Notes: generated by a model not told the origin, from the letters alone. A DNA stretch of 64,000 nucleotides from an uncultured Clostridia bacterium (GCA_947627755.1 CANQXD010000001.1:3508-67507), one strand, 5' to 3'; positions 22,633 to 33,411 are shown, counted from the stretch's first letter. Program-made: numbers and translations.

Positions 22633-24108
22633 TTATTTTTTACAATTTAAATTATATATTTTACTTTTTATTTTTTGTAAATAGTATAATATAACTTCAT
22701 TTTTTAGAATAATTTCAACAATAGTATAACAAATTATACTTAAAGTGACAATAACTATAGATGAAAAAATAACATTTGAAATTATGTGCTTAATTATTAA
22801 GGTAATTATTATAATAGGAATACACCCTATAATACTCTTTATAAAAATTTTAACAGAGCCATTTAACTTAACAATTTTCTGTGTTTCATATTTGCAATAT
22901 ATAAATGCAATAAGTTCTGCAATTATAGTTGTTAGTGCTGCTGCATTTTCTTTCCATATAGGTATTAGCAATAAATTTAATACAACATTTACTATTGCGC
23001 TAATAATTGTTATTTTTAATACTTTCTTTTCCTGTTTTAATGGTACTAACATAGCTTGTCCCCAAAAATACGCCCCAAGACAAAAGAAAATAGCTATGCT
23101 AAGTAGTGCCAGCGAAGATGTTGCTTCTAAATAGCTTGCATCAGAAATTATTAAAATAATTTCTTTTCTTAATGCTATCATTCCTATAATAGCAGGAATA
23201 ATAAGTGTTAATAAAGTTTTATAAATATCTTCTGCTGTGTCTTTAAATTGTTCTTTTTCATTTTGTGCTAATAATGCAGAAAATCTTGGTATTGAAACTA
23301 GAACTACAGATGATAGTAGACTTTTTATAATGGTATATATTTTGGTAGATACTGAATACATTCCAACATAATAATCGTTTGTAAGAAATCCTAAAACAGT
23401 AATATCTGAATTTACATATATTGTAATTGTTATTGTTGTTGCAAAAAGTATTAAAATTGGTTTTATATGCTTTTTAAAATGTATATTTTTAGTTATAGCT
23501 ACGTTCCAGTGATATTTTCTTCTAAGATGAATAATGTTTAAAACATCAGAACCTACACTTGAAATTACTGTTATTATTACATATACATATAAATCATTTT
23601 GTGAATGTACAAATGTAAATAATAACACTAAACTTAATAATTGAAAAAAAATGCTTCTTATTGTAATGTATTTATAATCTTCATATATAGAATAAATCCA
23701 TTCAATCCCTATTGTTTTAAAAATAATTTGCAAGGATAAAATAAATATTAGTATAGAATAATCTTTAAATTTATTTACAATTAAAACTAATATAAATAGT
23801 AATAAATAAGATAATATTGTAGAAATAATGTTGATAGTAAATACTTCATTAGAGAATTGATTTAAATTTTTCTTGTCTTCTCTTACTCTTGCTCCCTCTC
23901 TAATTGCATAAGTGCTTATTCCTAAGCCAGCTAGCAAAATAAAATAGTTAATAATTGAATTTGCAAAATTGTATTTTCCTATTGCCTCTACTCCTAATAT
24001 TTTTGAAATATAAGGAAAAGAAATCAAAGGAAAAATGATTGCCATTAATCCTTTAATTCCATTTAATATCATATTTATTTTTAAAGATTCCTGTTTTGTA
24101 TTTTCCAC
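22633..24108 (-). CDS. wzx: Polysaccharide flippase (Wzx/PST family) of locus B.
   Basis: 491 aa, 12-14 TM helices, PST-like pattern. Confidence 0.65.
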   Translation of the reverse strand: MENTKQESLKINMILNGIKGLMAIIFPLISFPYISKILGVEAIGKYNFANSIINYFILLAGLGISTYAIREGARVREDKKNLNQFSNEVFTINIISTILSYLLLFILVLIVNKFKDYSILIFILSLQIIFKTIGIEWIYSIYEDYKYITIRSIFFQLLSLVLLFTFVHSQNDLYVYVIITVISSVGSDVLNIIHLRRKYHWNVAITKNIHFKKHIKPILILFATTITITIYVNSDITVLGFLTNDYYVGMYSVSTKIYTIIKSLLSSVVLVSIPRFSALLAQNEKEQFKDTAEDIYKTLLTLIIPAIIGMIALRKEIILIISDASYLEATSSLALLSIAIFFCLGAYFWGQAMLVPLKQEKKVLKITIISAIVNVVLNLLLIPIWKENAAALTTIIAELIAFIYCKYETQKIVKLNGSVKIFIKSIIGCIPIIIITLIIKHIISNVIFSSIVIVTLSIICYTIVEIILKNEVILYYLQKIKSKIYNLNCKK

Positions 24109-24143
24109 GTTATTTCCTCTTTATTAGTTATATATATTGTATT

Positions 24144-25352
24144 TTATTTTATAATTTTTTGTACTAATTGCATTGCTAAATCTACTGTTACATCTGAATT
24201 GTAATGTTGATGTTCTCCCCATCTTCCTAATCCATATACATTTTTAGTTTTACACCATTCTAATAATTCTTGCATAATTTGAGGTTTATTTATTGTATTT
24301 AATGGATATGCATATTTATTTAAATATTTAAAATTATTATTTGGTTCTTCCATTTCAATTCTTTCTGAATTTGTTTCTGTCCAGTAGCCTCTACTATTAT
24401 CACAAAAATTATGTCTTACTAGTATTCTATGATATGGTAATTTAGGGTCTGGGTAGTAAATCCAGTGTGCTTCTGTATCTAAATTTTCTTCGAAATATTC
24501 TGTTTGAATAGAACTATATTTTAATTCTTGAATAGATTTTTTAATTTTTTCAGGCATTCCGTTTATTTTAGAAAATTCTAGCCAAGGTATTGTAGTAATA
24601 ATAGTATCTGCTTGATAGGTTTTATTATCACTCGTTGTTATTTCTTTTTTATCAAAATCAATTGATTTTACATCTTGATTATATTCTATGTTTTCTTTTA
24701 TATTTTCTGCCATTCTTAGCCATAATTCACCATACCCATATTTTTTAGGGTAATAGAATTGTGCATGTCCAGGTTGTTTTCCATAAGCTTTTTTAGTTAA
24801 ACAAGAAAGCAGAGTTTCTTCAAAGCTTACATTTGGTAATTTTTCTAGCCAATAAGTTCCTAATTGGTCTAATTCTTTATTAAACATTTTTTGGTTGTAT
24901 GGTATCATATAGTCTTCTGCAATTTTATTGCCTAATTTCCAATAAATCCAGTCTGTAAATTTTAATGGCATATCCGTTCCAAGATTACATCCTGCAACAG
25001 CAATAGATTTTAAATATTCTACTTGATCTTCTAACTTCATTTGCCATATATTTGCCTCTATTGGGTGATTTACTTCATTTTCATTCACTTCAATTCTACT
25101 GTCACGATTATATAAATTCCATTCTTCTTTTGGCATAAATTGAAATAGGAATTCATTTACATGTGGTCTTCTAACATCTAGAAAATGTCCCCCACCAATA
25201 TCAAATGGTGAGCCATCAACATTGACTGAGCGACAAAGACCACCAGCCTCTTTTTCTTTTTCAAGTACTAAAAAATCCTTTTCTCCATTTTCTTTTAATT
25301 TATTGGCAAAAGTAAGTCCTGCTGGACCTGCTCCAAGTATTAGATATTTCAT
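24144..25352 (-). CDS. glf: FAD-dependent UDP-galactopyranose mutase-like oxidoreductase.
   Basis: N-terminal FAD fold ILGAGPAGLTFA…EKEKEAGGLCRS. 402 aa. Neighbouring DUF4422 gene. Confidence 0.55.
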   Translation of the reverse strand: MKYLILGAGPAGLTFANKLKENGEKDFLVLEKEKEAGGLCRSVNVDGSPFDIGGGHFLDVRRPHVNEFLFQFMPKEEWNLYNRDSRIEVNENEVNHPIEANIWQMKLEDQVEYLKSIAVAGCNLGTDMPLKFTDWIYWKLGNKIAEDYMIPYNQKMFNKELDQLGTYWLEKLPNVSFEETLLSCLTKKAYGKQPGHAQFYYPKKYGYGELWLRMAENIKENIEYNQDVKSIDFDKKEITTSDNKTYQADTIITTIPWLEFSKINGMPEKIKKSIQELKYSSIQTEYFEENLDTEAHWIYYPDPKLPYHRILVRHNFCDNSRGYWTETNSERIEMEEPNNNFKYLNKYAYPLNTINKPQIMQELLEWCKTKNVYGLGRWGEHQHYNSDVTVDLAMQLVQKIIK

Positions 25353-25353
25353 T

Positions 25354-26514
25354 TTATTTTTCTCCCACTATTTCTTTAAATAATTCTAGCATTTTTGAAT
25401 TATATAAATTATCCCATGTAAATGTTTTAACAATTTCATATTCATTGTCAGATATAGTTTTGTAATACTCTTTACTATTTTTTAAATTTATAATTTCGTT
25501 GTAAATTTCATCTACATTTTCCGGATCAACAATGATTGCGTTTTCATTATTTTTTAGTAATTCAATTGCTCCTACACTTTCTGATACAATAACTGGAAGT
25601 CCACAACTCATTGCTTCAAATACTGCTAGCCCCCAACTTTGGTTGATATTGATAAACAAGAACATGTCTGCATTGTTATGAAGTTCTACATATTTTTTTT
25701 CATCTACTTGTCCCCATATTGTAATGTATTTCTCTAATTTTTTATCAGAAATCATCTTTTTTATTTTATTAGCATAATCAGGACTTAATTCTGTAGAACC
25801 CATAATATCTAAGTGAACATCTATATTGTTTTGTACAATTTTTTCAACCACTTCAACTAAAGTTTCATAATTTCTGTATGGAAAAAATACTCCAGAGGAA
25901 AATAAATTTAATTTATTCTCATTATGCATTGCATTATGTTTTTCTAAGTTTTTGTTTGTATCTACTCCGCAATAGAATACTTTTGCATCAAGATTTAAAC
26001 ATTTTTTTATAACGTCTTTATTTTTACTTACATTGACAGTAATAGCATCAACTTTTTTAACTAATCTTTTAAAGTTTGCTCTTCTTAATTTATTTTTCCA
26101 ATTATCTTTTTGTCCTTTTGCATTTCCTTCTAAAAAACAATATGGCATATCATTTATTTGAAGTACAACTTTTTTACTATTCTTTTTTGATACATCTATT
26201 AATCTTGCAACATTACTATCATGAATATTAACAATATCAATGTCTTTAAGTAAATTTGCTAATACTTTATCTTCTATTTTTGCATTTTCAATTTTGTAAA
26301 TAATTTTTTTTATTTTATTGTCAGTTTTTATATTTTTTAGTTTAGGTGTAACTATATTAAATTTTTCAAATTCTGGATAAGTTTTCTCTTTTTCATATAT
26401 TGTAGTATATATTGTTATATCATGATTTTTGCTTAAGTACTCACATAATCGTAATAATTGTTTATGAGTTCCACCTCTTATATTTAATTCATTAACTACC
26501 ATCAATATTTTCAC
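25354..26514 (-). CDS. Glycosyltransferase family 4.
   Basis: WGLAVFEAMSCGLPVIVSESVGAIELL. Confidence 0.8.
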   Translation of the reverse strand: MKILMVVNELNIRGGTHKQLLRLCEYLSKNHDITIYTTIYEKEKTYPEFEKFNIVTPKLKNIKTDNKIKKIIYKIENAKIEDKVLANLLKDIDIVNIHDSNVARLIDVSKKNSKKVVLQINDMPYCFLEGNAKGQKDNWKNKLRRANFKRLVKKVDAITVNVSKNKDVIKKCLNLDAKVFYCGVDTNKNLEKHNAMHNENKLNLFSSGVFFPYRNYETLVEVVEKIVQNNIDVHLDIMGSTELSPDYANKIKKMISDKKLEKYITIWGQVDEKKYVELHNNADMFLFININQSWGLAVFEAMSCGLPVIVSESVGAIELLKNNENAIIVDPENVDEIYNEIINLKNSKEYYKTISDNEYEIVKTFTWDNLYNSKMLELFKEIVGEK

Positions 26515-26533
26515 TTAAATTACCTCCTATTGT

Positions 26534-27286
26534 TTACTTATACTTTAGTCTTTTGTTTAATAATCTATTACGAATTTTCTTTATAGTGCATTTAGCATAA
26601 AACAGACTGCTAAATATTTTTGTATAATACTTTTTTTTAAGATTTATAGATTCTTCAAAAACTTTTTCTTCATTTTTTGAACTAATTCCATTTTCATCGT
26701 AATAGCATATTGTAGTATTTAAATGTTTGCATTGTATCTTTTGATTTTTTATTGCATTTATTAACCAATCTTCATCTGCTGAATATTTATAATTTGTATT
26801 AAATAAATTATTTTTTAATACATTGCTTGGTGCAAAAATGCATTGATGGCATATCATACCTCTTATAATAAAATAAAGTGGTGTTATTTTATTAGGAAAC
26901 TTTTTCTTTTTGTTTTTTTTCATTATAGCATCTCCATAATAAATAATATTACCTTCAAGATTTGGAACCACATCTTCTAATACATGATTATTATAGAATT
27001 TATCTTTTATATTTAAAAAATATATAAATTCACCTGTAGCTAAATTAATTCCTTTATTCATTGCATCATATATACCATTATCTTTTTCTGATATAATGGT
27101 TACATTTTTTAGCTTCTTGCAATATTCTTGCATAACATTTAAAGTATTATCTGTTGATTTTCCATCAATAACTATGTATTCAAAATCTTGATATGTCTGA
27201 TTTATAAGTGAATTTAATGTTATTTCAACAGAATCCTCACAATTATAGCAAACTGTTATAATACTTATTTTATTTGTTGATTTCAT
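26534..27286 (-). CDS. Glycosyltransferase family 2.
   Basis: ISIITVCYNCEDSVEITLNSLINQTYQDFEYIVIDGKSTDNT. Confidence 0.85.
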   Translation of the reverse strand: MKSTNKISIITVCYNCEDSVEITLNSLINQTYQDFEYIVIDGKSTDNTLNVMQEYCKKLKNVTIISEKDNGIYDAMNKGINLATGEFIYFLNIKDKFYNNHVLEDVVPNLEGNIIYYGDAIMKKNKKKKFPNKITPLYFIIRGMICHQCIFAPSNVLKNNLFNTNYKYSADEDWLINAIKNQKIQCKHLNTTICYYDENGISSKNEEKVFEESINLKKKYYTKIFSSLFYAKCTIKKIRNRLLNKRLKYK

Positions 27287-27321
27287 TTTTGTCTCCTAAT
27301 TATAAATTTTTTAACTATTTT

Positions 27322-29628
27322 CTATATATATATATTATTTTTAGTTTCTATTTTCTCTGTATTTTTAGTATATATCATAATTAGTATAAATAGCCAAATA
27401 GCATAAAATGCATAAGATTCAAATTGTAAATATAAATATAGTATAATAATTAAATAAGAATATCTATATTTTAGATAACTATTTTTAGTAATCATATATA
27501 AATATATAATAGCAGGTATTAAAAGTATTAATCCGAATTCAGATATAAATCGTATATATAAACAATAAGAAACACTATCATCTATATAGTTTGGATTACC
27601 TAACATTTCAACTTCATTTGTATAAGAGCTTTTATATTTAATTATTGCATCATTATATCCATCTCTTAATGGCAATATTGAGTTTCCTAATCCATAGCCA
27701 AATAAAGCATGTATAGGCTTTTTAGCATAGCCATAGATACTAGATTGTATTCTAAAATATCTGCTTGCTAGTGAACCATCCGCATATATTCCTTGATTAA
27801 TAATTTGCTTTACTCTATAATTGCTATTATAGAGTATTATTATAGCAATTATACAAATTGTTGGAATAAGAAAAATATACTTATATTTCTTGTTTCTTAT
27901 TAAGTATCCAAATAATAATATAATTCCTACTATACTAATATCTAATAAAATTCTTACTCCACTTGCGAATACAAAAGCAGAAATGCAAAATGCAATTATT
28001 AACCATAATATTTTCTTTTCTTTTGATATAAAATATATAGGCAATAATATACCAAATATATGCATTCCAATAAAAGATGGTTCTGTAAAGAAGTATTGTA
28101 TTCTATTATATTGTAAATAATTTCTTTTAAAAATAAAATCAAAAAAATTATATAGGAATCTAATATCTAATTTAATAGCTATAAATTGTAGTATTCCAAA
28201 AGCAATTGAGATTGTATATGATATAAGTAAGATTTTAATTATCTTTTTAATTTTATGAGTTTTGCTATAGTATATATCAAAGCTAAACAAAATTACAAAT
28301 CCCAATCCTAACGAGATAAGAGTATTAATTACATTAATAAATTCTATACCAACAATTATACAATTGATAAAGCTTAATATTACACCAATTATAAAAAAAA
28401 TAACTATTTTTTTAAATTTAAATAATTCATTTTTTAGTAATTTTACATTCATTATTAGATATAAAAATAAGATTATTGGAGTAATTGTAGCCCATCCTGT
28501 TGATGGTGCAAAGAAAAAATTTTCAAAAGGTAATGTAGCAATTGCTATTTTAAAAATTATATCACTATTAAATTTTCGTTTCATTATATTTGTCGCTGTT
28601 GTTTCTTTTATATCTATAGTATTTCTTTTTTTAAACTGAATTTGTCTTATTATTCCTATTAATATAGTAAATAAATATAGTTTATGTTTTAGAGTGAATA
28701 AAGTTATTTTTCTTGTAAAAGAAAAACCTTTGTAATCAGATTTTTTTATAGCTTGTTTAAATTCTTCTATGTTACATATTTTTTTTATTTCTTTCCATAT
28801 ACTTATAAAATTTGTTTTCTTCTTAAGATTAAAACAATAATTTACAATAATTAATAATATATGATATGATATATAGTTATTTACTTTTTTTAAAAGGATT
28901 TCATTATTTCTATATTTTTTTTCTATATAATCTTTAGTTTTCTTCATAGATTTTAAATATTTTTGTACATATTCTTCATCATATTTTCTAACTGCAGAAT
29001 TTTCATTAAACCTATAATAATATAATGCTTTATTTAGCATATAAAATTTTTTAATATTTTGACTAACCTTTATATTAAAAAGAGCATCTTCTCCTACTTT
29101 TAAAGTTTCATCAAATCTTATATTCATTATGCTAGACTTGGTCCACAATTTCATATGACAAAATCCCAAACCATTTTGCACATACATTATATTTTCTAAA
29201 AAATTTAAGGTATCTAGTTCATACTCATCTTTTGATACTATTTTTTCTTCTTTATTTTTATATATCCTATTATATCCACATGCAACACAATCTGCTTTTT
29301 GTTTTTTTAATGTTTTTAAAAGTATTTCGCAATATTTTTTTTCAATATAATCATCTGAATCAACAAAAGTTATATATTGTCCTATTGCAGTATCTAAACC
29401 TACATTTCTAGCTGAGCTTACTCCACCATTTTCCTTATGAATTACTTTAATTCTATTATCTTTTTTTGCATATTCATCACAAATACTTCCAGAGTTATCT
29501 GTTGAACCATCATCAACTAATATAATTTCTAAATTAGTATAAGTCTGTTCAATAATTGAGTCTATACATCTATTTATATATTTTTCTACATTATATATTG
29601 GAACTATAACACTAATTAAATCTTCCAT
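27322..29628 (-). CDS. Bifunctional fusion protein: N-terminal GT2 glycosyltransferase (about 330 aa) fused to a C-terminal O-antigen-ligase/Wzy_C-type polytopic domain (about 430 aa).
   Basis: N-terminus ISVIVPIYNVEKYINRCIDSIIEQTYTNLEIILVDDGSTDNS. The C-terminal domain has more than 10 TM helices and the Wzy_C/O-antigen-ligase-like FGYGLGNS motif. Confidence 0.7.
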   Translation of the reverse strand: MEDLISVIVPIYNVEKYINRCIDSIIEQTYTNLEIILVDDGSTDNSGSICDEYAKKDNRIKVIHKENGGVSSARNVGLDTAIGQYITFVDSDDYIEKKYCEILLKTLKKQKADCVACGYNRIYKNKEEKIVSKDEYELDTLNFLENIMYVQNGLGFCHMKLWTKSSIMNIRFDETLKVGEDALFNIKVSQNIKKFYMLNKALYYYRFNENSAVRKYDEEYVQKYLKSMKKTKDYIEKKYRNNEILLKKVNNYISYHILLIIVNYCFNLKKKTNFISIWKEIKKICNIEEFKQAIKKSDYKGFSFTRKITLFTLKHKLYLFTILIGIIRQIQFKKRNTIDIKETTATNIMKRKFNSDIIFKIAIATLPFENFFFAPSTGWATITPIILFLYLIMNVKLLKNELFKFKKIVIFFIIGVILSFINCIIVGIEFINVINTLISLGLGFVILFSFDIYYSKTHKIKKIIKILLISYTISIAFGILQFIAIKLDIRFLYNFFDFIFKRNYLQYNRIQYFFTEPSFIGMHIFGILLPIYFISKEKKILWLIIAFCISAFVFASGVRILLDISIVGIILLFGYLIRNKKYKYIFLIPTICIIAIIILYNSNYRVKQIINQGIYADGSLASRYFRIQSSIYGYAKKPIHALFGYGLGNSILPLRDGYNDAIIKYKSSYTNEVEMLGNPNYIDDSVSYCLYIRFISEFGLILLIPAIIYLYMITKNSYLKYRYSYLIIILYLYLQFESYAFYAIWLFILIMIYTKNTEKIETKNNIYI

Positions 29629-29630
29629 TT

Positions 29631-30428
29631 TTAAAAACTCTCTCCATATTTTTTTCCTGTAAATTTAGCTTTTAAAAATGCTGTTCCTTTTTTTAGCCAA
29701 TTTACATTTTCCATATCAATAACTCTTACTTCTTTGTACTGTAAATGATTTGTATTTATCCATATATCTAGTAAAAGTTCACTTACTCTACCAAAAAATC
29801 TTGCATGGAATGCATCATATTGTGTTACATCTATCCTTTGTTCTAATTCGAAAAGAATAGAGAATAACCATTCACAATATTGGTCTAGTAGTTCTTTTTT
29901 CATAATAAACATATTAAACATATGAGCAGATGTTCTCTTATGCAGTCTATCAAATTCTTTTAAGTACTTTGGATATTTTTCTTTTATTATTTTTCTTGTT
30001 TCGTCAAGTGGTTCAATATACATTGTATGTTTATAATGATTATATAAATTTTCTATAAAGTAATTTCTTTTTTTAGACAATATAATATCAGTTGTATCCA
30101 ATATTTTCTCTACTTGTTTTCTATTTAATAGAATTTTAAACTTTTTTTCTTCGTTTAATGGTACTATTTTATTGCAAGCAAAATGCCTTCTATAATGAGC
30201 TAAACCTATATAGTCTGCCTTTAAATTTTTCCAAGCCCAATATAAAGCAGTTAACTCACAATAATATGGATTTTTAGAAGAAATATTTTCACCTTCATTA
30301 TCTGGTTGATAATCTAATATTTTTTCTTTTCCTTCTACTCCAACTTGCACAGGTAAATATATATCACTATTTGGTACTTCATATTGTTTATGAAGTGCAA
30401 TGAGTATTTTTATATTTTTATCTTTCAT
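29631..30428 (-). CDS. DUF4422-family putative glycosyltransferase (candidate galactofuranosyltransferase).
   Basis: ELTALYWAWKN…GLAHYRRHF block typical of DUF4422. Adjacent to a Glf-like gene. Confidence 0.6.
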   Translation of the reverse strand: MKDKNIKILIALHKQYEVPNSDIYLPVQVGVEGKEKILDYQPDNEGENISSKNPYYCELTALYWAWKNLKADYIGLAHYRRHFACNKIVPLNEEKKFKILLNRKQVEKILDTTDIILSKKRNYFIENLYNHYKHTMYIEPLDETRKIIKEKYPKYLKEFDRLHKRTSAHMFNMFIMKKELLDQYCEWLFSILFELEQRIDVTQYDAFHARFFGRVSELLLDIWINTNHLQYKEVRVIDMENVNWLKKGTAFLKAKFTGKKYGESF

Positions 30429-30430
30429 TT

Positions 30431-31147
30431 TTATATTGCTTCTCCTTTTCTAAAAACTCTACCTACTGTTTTTAGAAGTATTTTAAAATCTAGCCATAAT
30501 GTTCTATTTTGAATATAAAAAATATCCATTTCAAGCCTTTCTTTAAAATCTACATCACTTCTACCATTTACTTGCCAATAGCCTGTAAGTCCTGGTTTTA
30601 CTGTTATAATTTGTTGATATTTACTTCCCATATCTTCCTTTTCTCTATAAAGATAAGGTCGTGGTCCTACTAAACTCATTTCTCCTTTTAATACATTGAT
30701 AAATTGTGGAAATTCATCTATACTTGCTTTTCTTAAAAAATTTCCTAATTTCGTAATTCTAGGATCATTTCTTAATTTTTTATACTTTATATATTCTTCT
30801 TTTGCTTCCTCATTTTCGTTTAAATATTCCCATAGTTTCTCGTCTGCATGCATTACCATAGAACGATATTTATATAATTTAAACTCTTTTCCGTTTTTTC
30901 CTATTCTTAATTGGTCAAAAAATAAAGGTCCTTTATTTTCTTTGGAAATTTTATTTACTATGTACAAAATAATGGTAAGTGGAATTAAAAAAACTATTCC
31001 AACTACCGCACCAATAATGTCTATTATTCTTTTTACTACATTATATATAATTCTTTCTTTACTTTTTATTTTTTGTTTATTTTCCTGAGTTTCAACTTCA
31101 ATTTTTTCTGTTAAAATGGCACCATCACGTTCTATATTTACATCCAT
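30431..31147 (-). CDS. Undecaprenyl-phosphate sugar phosphotransferase (small sugar transferase). The priming enzyme of locus B.
   Basis: KYRSM…DEFPQFINVLKGEMSLVGPRPY motif. Confidence 0.85.
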   Translation of the reverse strand: MDVNIERDGAILTEKIEVETQENKQKIKSKERIIYNVVKRIIDIIGAVVGIVFLIPLTIILYIVNKISKENKGPLFFDQLRIGKNGKEFKLYKYRSMVMHADEKLWEYLNENEEAKEEYIKYKKLRNDPRITKLGNFLRKASIDEFPQFINVLKGEMSLVGPRPYLYREKEDMGSKYQQIITVKPGLTGYWQVNGRSDVDFKERLEMDIFYIQNRTLWLDFKILLKTVGRVFRKGEAI

Positions 31148-31167
31148 TTTTTAATTTCCTCCTAGTG

Positions 31168-31240
31168 AAAAACATTATATAATTTATTAACAATAATGTC
31201 AAACGTTTCTTGTCTTTTTTTGGCATTTTTTGAAACTTTT
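31168..31240 (-). promoter_or_regulatory. Consensus sigma-A promoter of locus B with the conserved upstream element. Minus strand: TTGACA (31203-31198), 17 nt, TATAAT (31180-31175).
   Basis: Near-identical to the 16.1 kb promoter including 5' flanking sequence. A GGAGG RBS lies 7 nt before the ATG. Confidence 0.7.
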
Positions 31241-31261
31241 TAGAGAAAAATGAAAAAACGA

Positions 31262-31300
31262 AAAATAGACTTTAGATTTGAATAATCTAAAGCCTATTTG
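31262..31300 (-). terminator. Rho-independent terminator after the LCP gene.
   Basis: Stem ctttagatt / aatctaaag followed by a T tract on the minus strand. Confidence 0.5.
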
Positions 31301-31307
31301 AAAATTT

Positions 31308-32411
31308 TTATTCACTATAACCTGTCTTATTTATTATTTTATTGCTAATATTTTTTACTGTATCTGATACTTGATAGTTTGTTTCGCCAAATAATTCTTC
31401 ATGCATTTTTACTACATTGCTTTCTAAAGTAACTGGTGCTGCATACCATGTAGGAGTAGTGTAGTCTTTAACTTGATATGGCCAACCTAGACTATTTGTA
31501 ATTTTATATTTCATTACACTTGGTATTTCAGAGAATATGCTCCCTGATGAAATATTTGTATAAACATTTGGTAATATTTGATCTAATAAACTATTAATTT
31601 CTCCAATGCTCTTTGTTTGTAATTTTTTTAGCATAGCAGTTAAAACATTTCTCATACGTTCTGTTCTTTTGTAATCTCCTCCTGCTGTGTATCTTATTCT
31701 ACCATAAGATAATGCTTGCACACCATCTAAATTATAAGTTCCAGCTTTTGGTATATATTGAGAAGTCTTTCCCGTTTTACTTCCTGTTTCAAGTAAATAA
31801 TCATGAATATACATGTTAATATATTCTATTTCATCTTCCTCAATTTTCATTTCTATTCCACCTAAGGCATTTACTGCATCTACAATACAATTAAAGTTAA
31901 CTGTTACAAATTCTTTTATGTTTAAATCTAAATTGGTATTTAGTGTATTTAATGCTAAAGGTGCTTCTCCATAAGAATATGAGTGTGTTACTTTATCTAG
32001 TCCGTAGCCTTCTATTTGTAAATAAGTATCTCTATATACAGATAATAGTTTAACTTCTTTTGTCTTATTATTAATACTTGCAATCATAATGCAATCGCTT
32101 CTATTTCCCTTGCCCATATCTAAATCCCTACTATCTACTCCAAATATAGCAATATTACGATAACCAGATAAATTTTGATCTACTTCAGCATTTATATTTA
32201 AATCTTCTTCATTAATATTTACTTGTTGCATTTTTCCTAATTTATCACTTATGTACCAATACCCTCCTGCAACAACTCCTATTATTATCAAAATTAGAAT
32301 AACTACTATAATTATAAACACTTTTAGTGCTTTTTTATTTTTCTTTCTCTTTTTTTTATTTTGTGTTGTAGTATGTTTTCCTGGCATTTTATTTTCCTCC
32401 TCTTTTTTCAT
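31308..32411 (-). CDS. LytR-CpsA-Psr (LCP) family cell-wall polymer transferase.
   Basis: IAIFGVDSRD…RSDCIMIASIN…LLSVYRDTY motifs. N-terminal TM. Confidence 0.85.
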   Translation of the reverse strand: MKKEEENKMPGKHTTTQNKKKRKKNKKALKVFIIIVVILILIIIGVVAGGYWYISDKLGKMQQVNINEEDLNINAEVDQNLSGYRNIAIFGVDSRDLDMGKGNRSDCIMIASINNKTKEVKLLSVYRDTYLQIEGYGLDKVTHSYSYGEAPLALNTLNTNLDLNIKEFVTVNFNCIVDAVNALGGIEMKIEEDEIEYINMYIHDYLLETGSKTGKTSQYIPKAGTYNLDGVQALSYGRIRYTAGGDYKRTERMRNVLTAMLKKLQTKSIGEINSLLDQILPNVYTNISSGSIFSEIPSVMKYKITNSLGWPYQVKDYTTPTWYAAPVTLESNVVKMHEELFGETNYQVSDTVKNISNKIINKTGYSE

Positions 32412-32516
32412 AGTACTTATTCTAACACTGTTTTTTTTATTTGTCTATTCTTTCTTTTTATTTTATCAAATTTCGTCGAAAAAAGTATTTTATGTGCAAT
32501 TTTTAAAAAAAAGTAG

Positions 32517-32562
32517 AAAAATTTTGAACACATTTCAAATCTTTTCTACTTTTAATGTAATT
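32517..32562 (-). terminator. Rho-independent terminator after the 32563-33390 gene.
   Basis: Imperfect 16-bp hairpin gtagaaaaattttgaa…ttcaaatcttttctac followed by a T run on the minus strand. Confidence 0.45.
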
Positions 32563-33390
32563 TTATTCTTTTTCTCTTTTTCCAGTTTTTTGATATCCTA
32601 ATATGCTAAATAACAAACCAAGTACACAAAATAGAATAGCTGCTATTACAAAGCTTAGTATAATACTTTCAATTGCATTAATTAGTACAACTGAAAATGC
32701 TTTGCTAAAAATTAGTATATTTTGTACTCTCATTGTAGAAACTTCTACTATTTTCAACGCAATACACAATCCTCCTGTACTAAAACTAGAAATTGCTAAA
32801 TATTTAAATCCTTCTCTTTTATTTATAATAAAAATTATAAAAATTATAACAATAGTTGCTACATATACTGCAATTGTCACTTTTTGAAGCATTTTTTGTA
32901 CTTTAGCAATTACATTTTGAACTTGTGAAACATATTTTTTCATACATGTTATACCATTTTCATATATGTTTCCAATAGTGTTGACATAAGTATCAATAGC
33001 GGTTTGTTCATCGCTATTTACTCTTTTATTATTTTCTTTAATTACTTCATTGATTTTTTCTTGTAGTCTTGTTTTTACACCTTCTGTATCTATTGTTAAT
33101 TCTGTTCCATTATATAAATAATCTAAAAAAGATTTTGCATCATTTTTTACTTGTTCTTCTGTCATAATGCCATCTAATATACTTTCTTCCAAACCAGATT
33201 GTATTGTATTATCTTTAAATGCTTCTAATATTTGAGAATATACTTGTGCATAATAGTCGTTTTTTTCTAATAATCCTAATACAAACTTTTCCTTTAATAT
33301 GGTTTGAGATAGTATGGTAATAGTTGTACTAGCTAATAACAGAACAATTAAAATAACTATAATTATGTAGGATATAATTTTTTTTACCAT
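32563..33390 (-). CDS. Hypothetical membrane protein (N-terminal TM, about 140-aa extracytoplasmic region, C-terminal TM cluster).
   Basis: ORF with hydrophobic segments only. No recognisable family. Confidence 0.3.
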   Translation of the reverse strand: MVKKIISYIIIVILIVLLLASTTITILSQTILKEKFVLGLLEKNDYYAQVYSQILEAFKDNTIQSGLEESILDGIMTEEQVKNDAKSFLDYLYNGTELTIDTEGVKTRLQEKINEVIKENNKRVNSDEQTAIDTYVNTIGNIYENGITCMKKYVSQVQNVIAKVQKMLQKVTIAVYVATIVIIFIIFIINKREGFKYLAISSFSTGGLCIALKIVEVSTMRVQNILIFSKAFSVVLINAIESIILSFVIAAILFCVLGLLFSILGYQKTGKREKE

Positions 33391-33411
33391 TTTATTTTTC
33401 CCTTCTTTATT

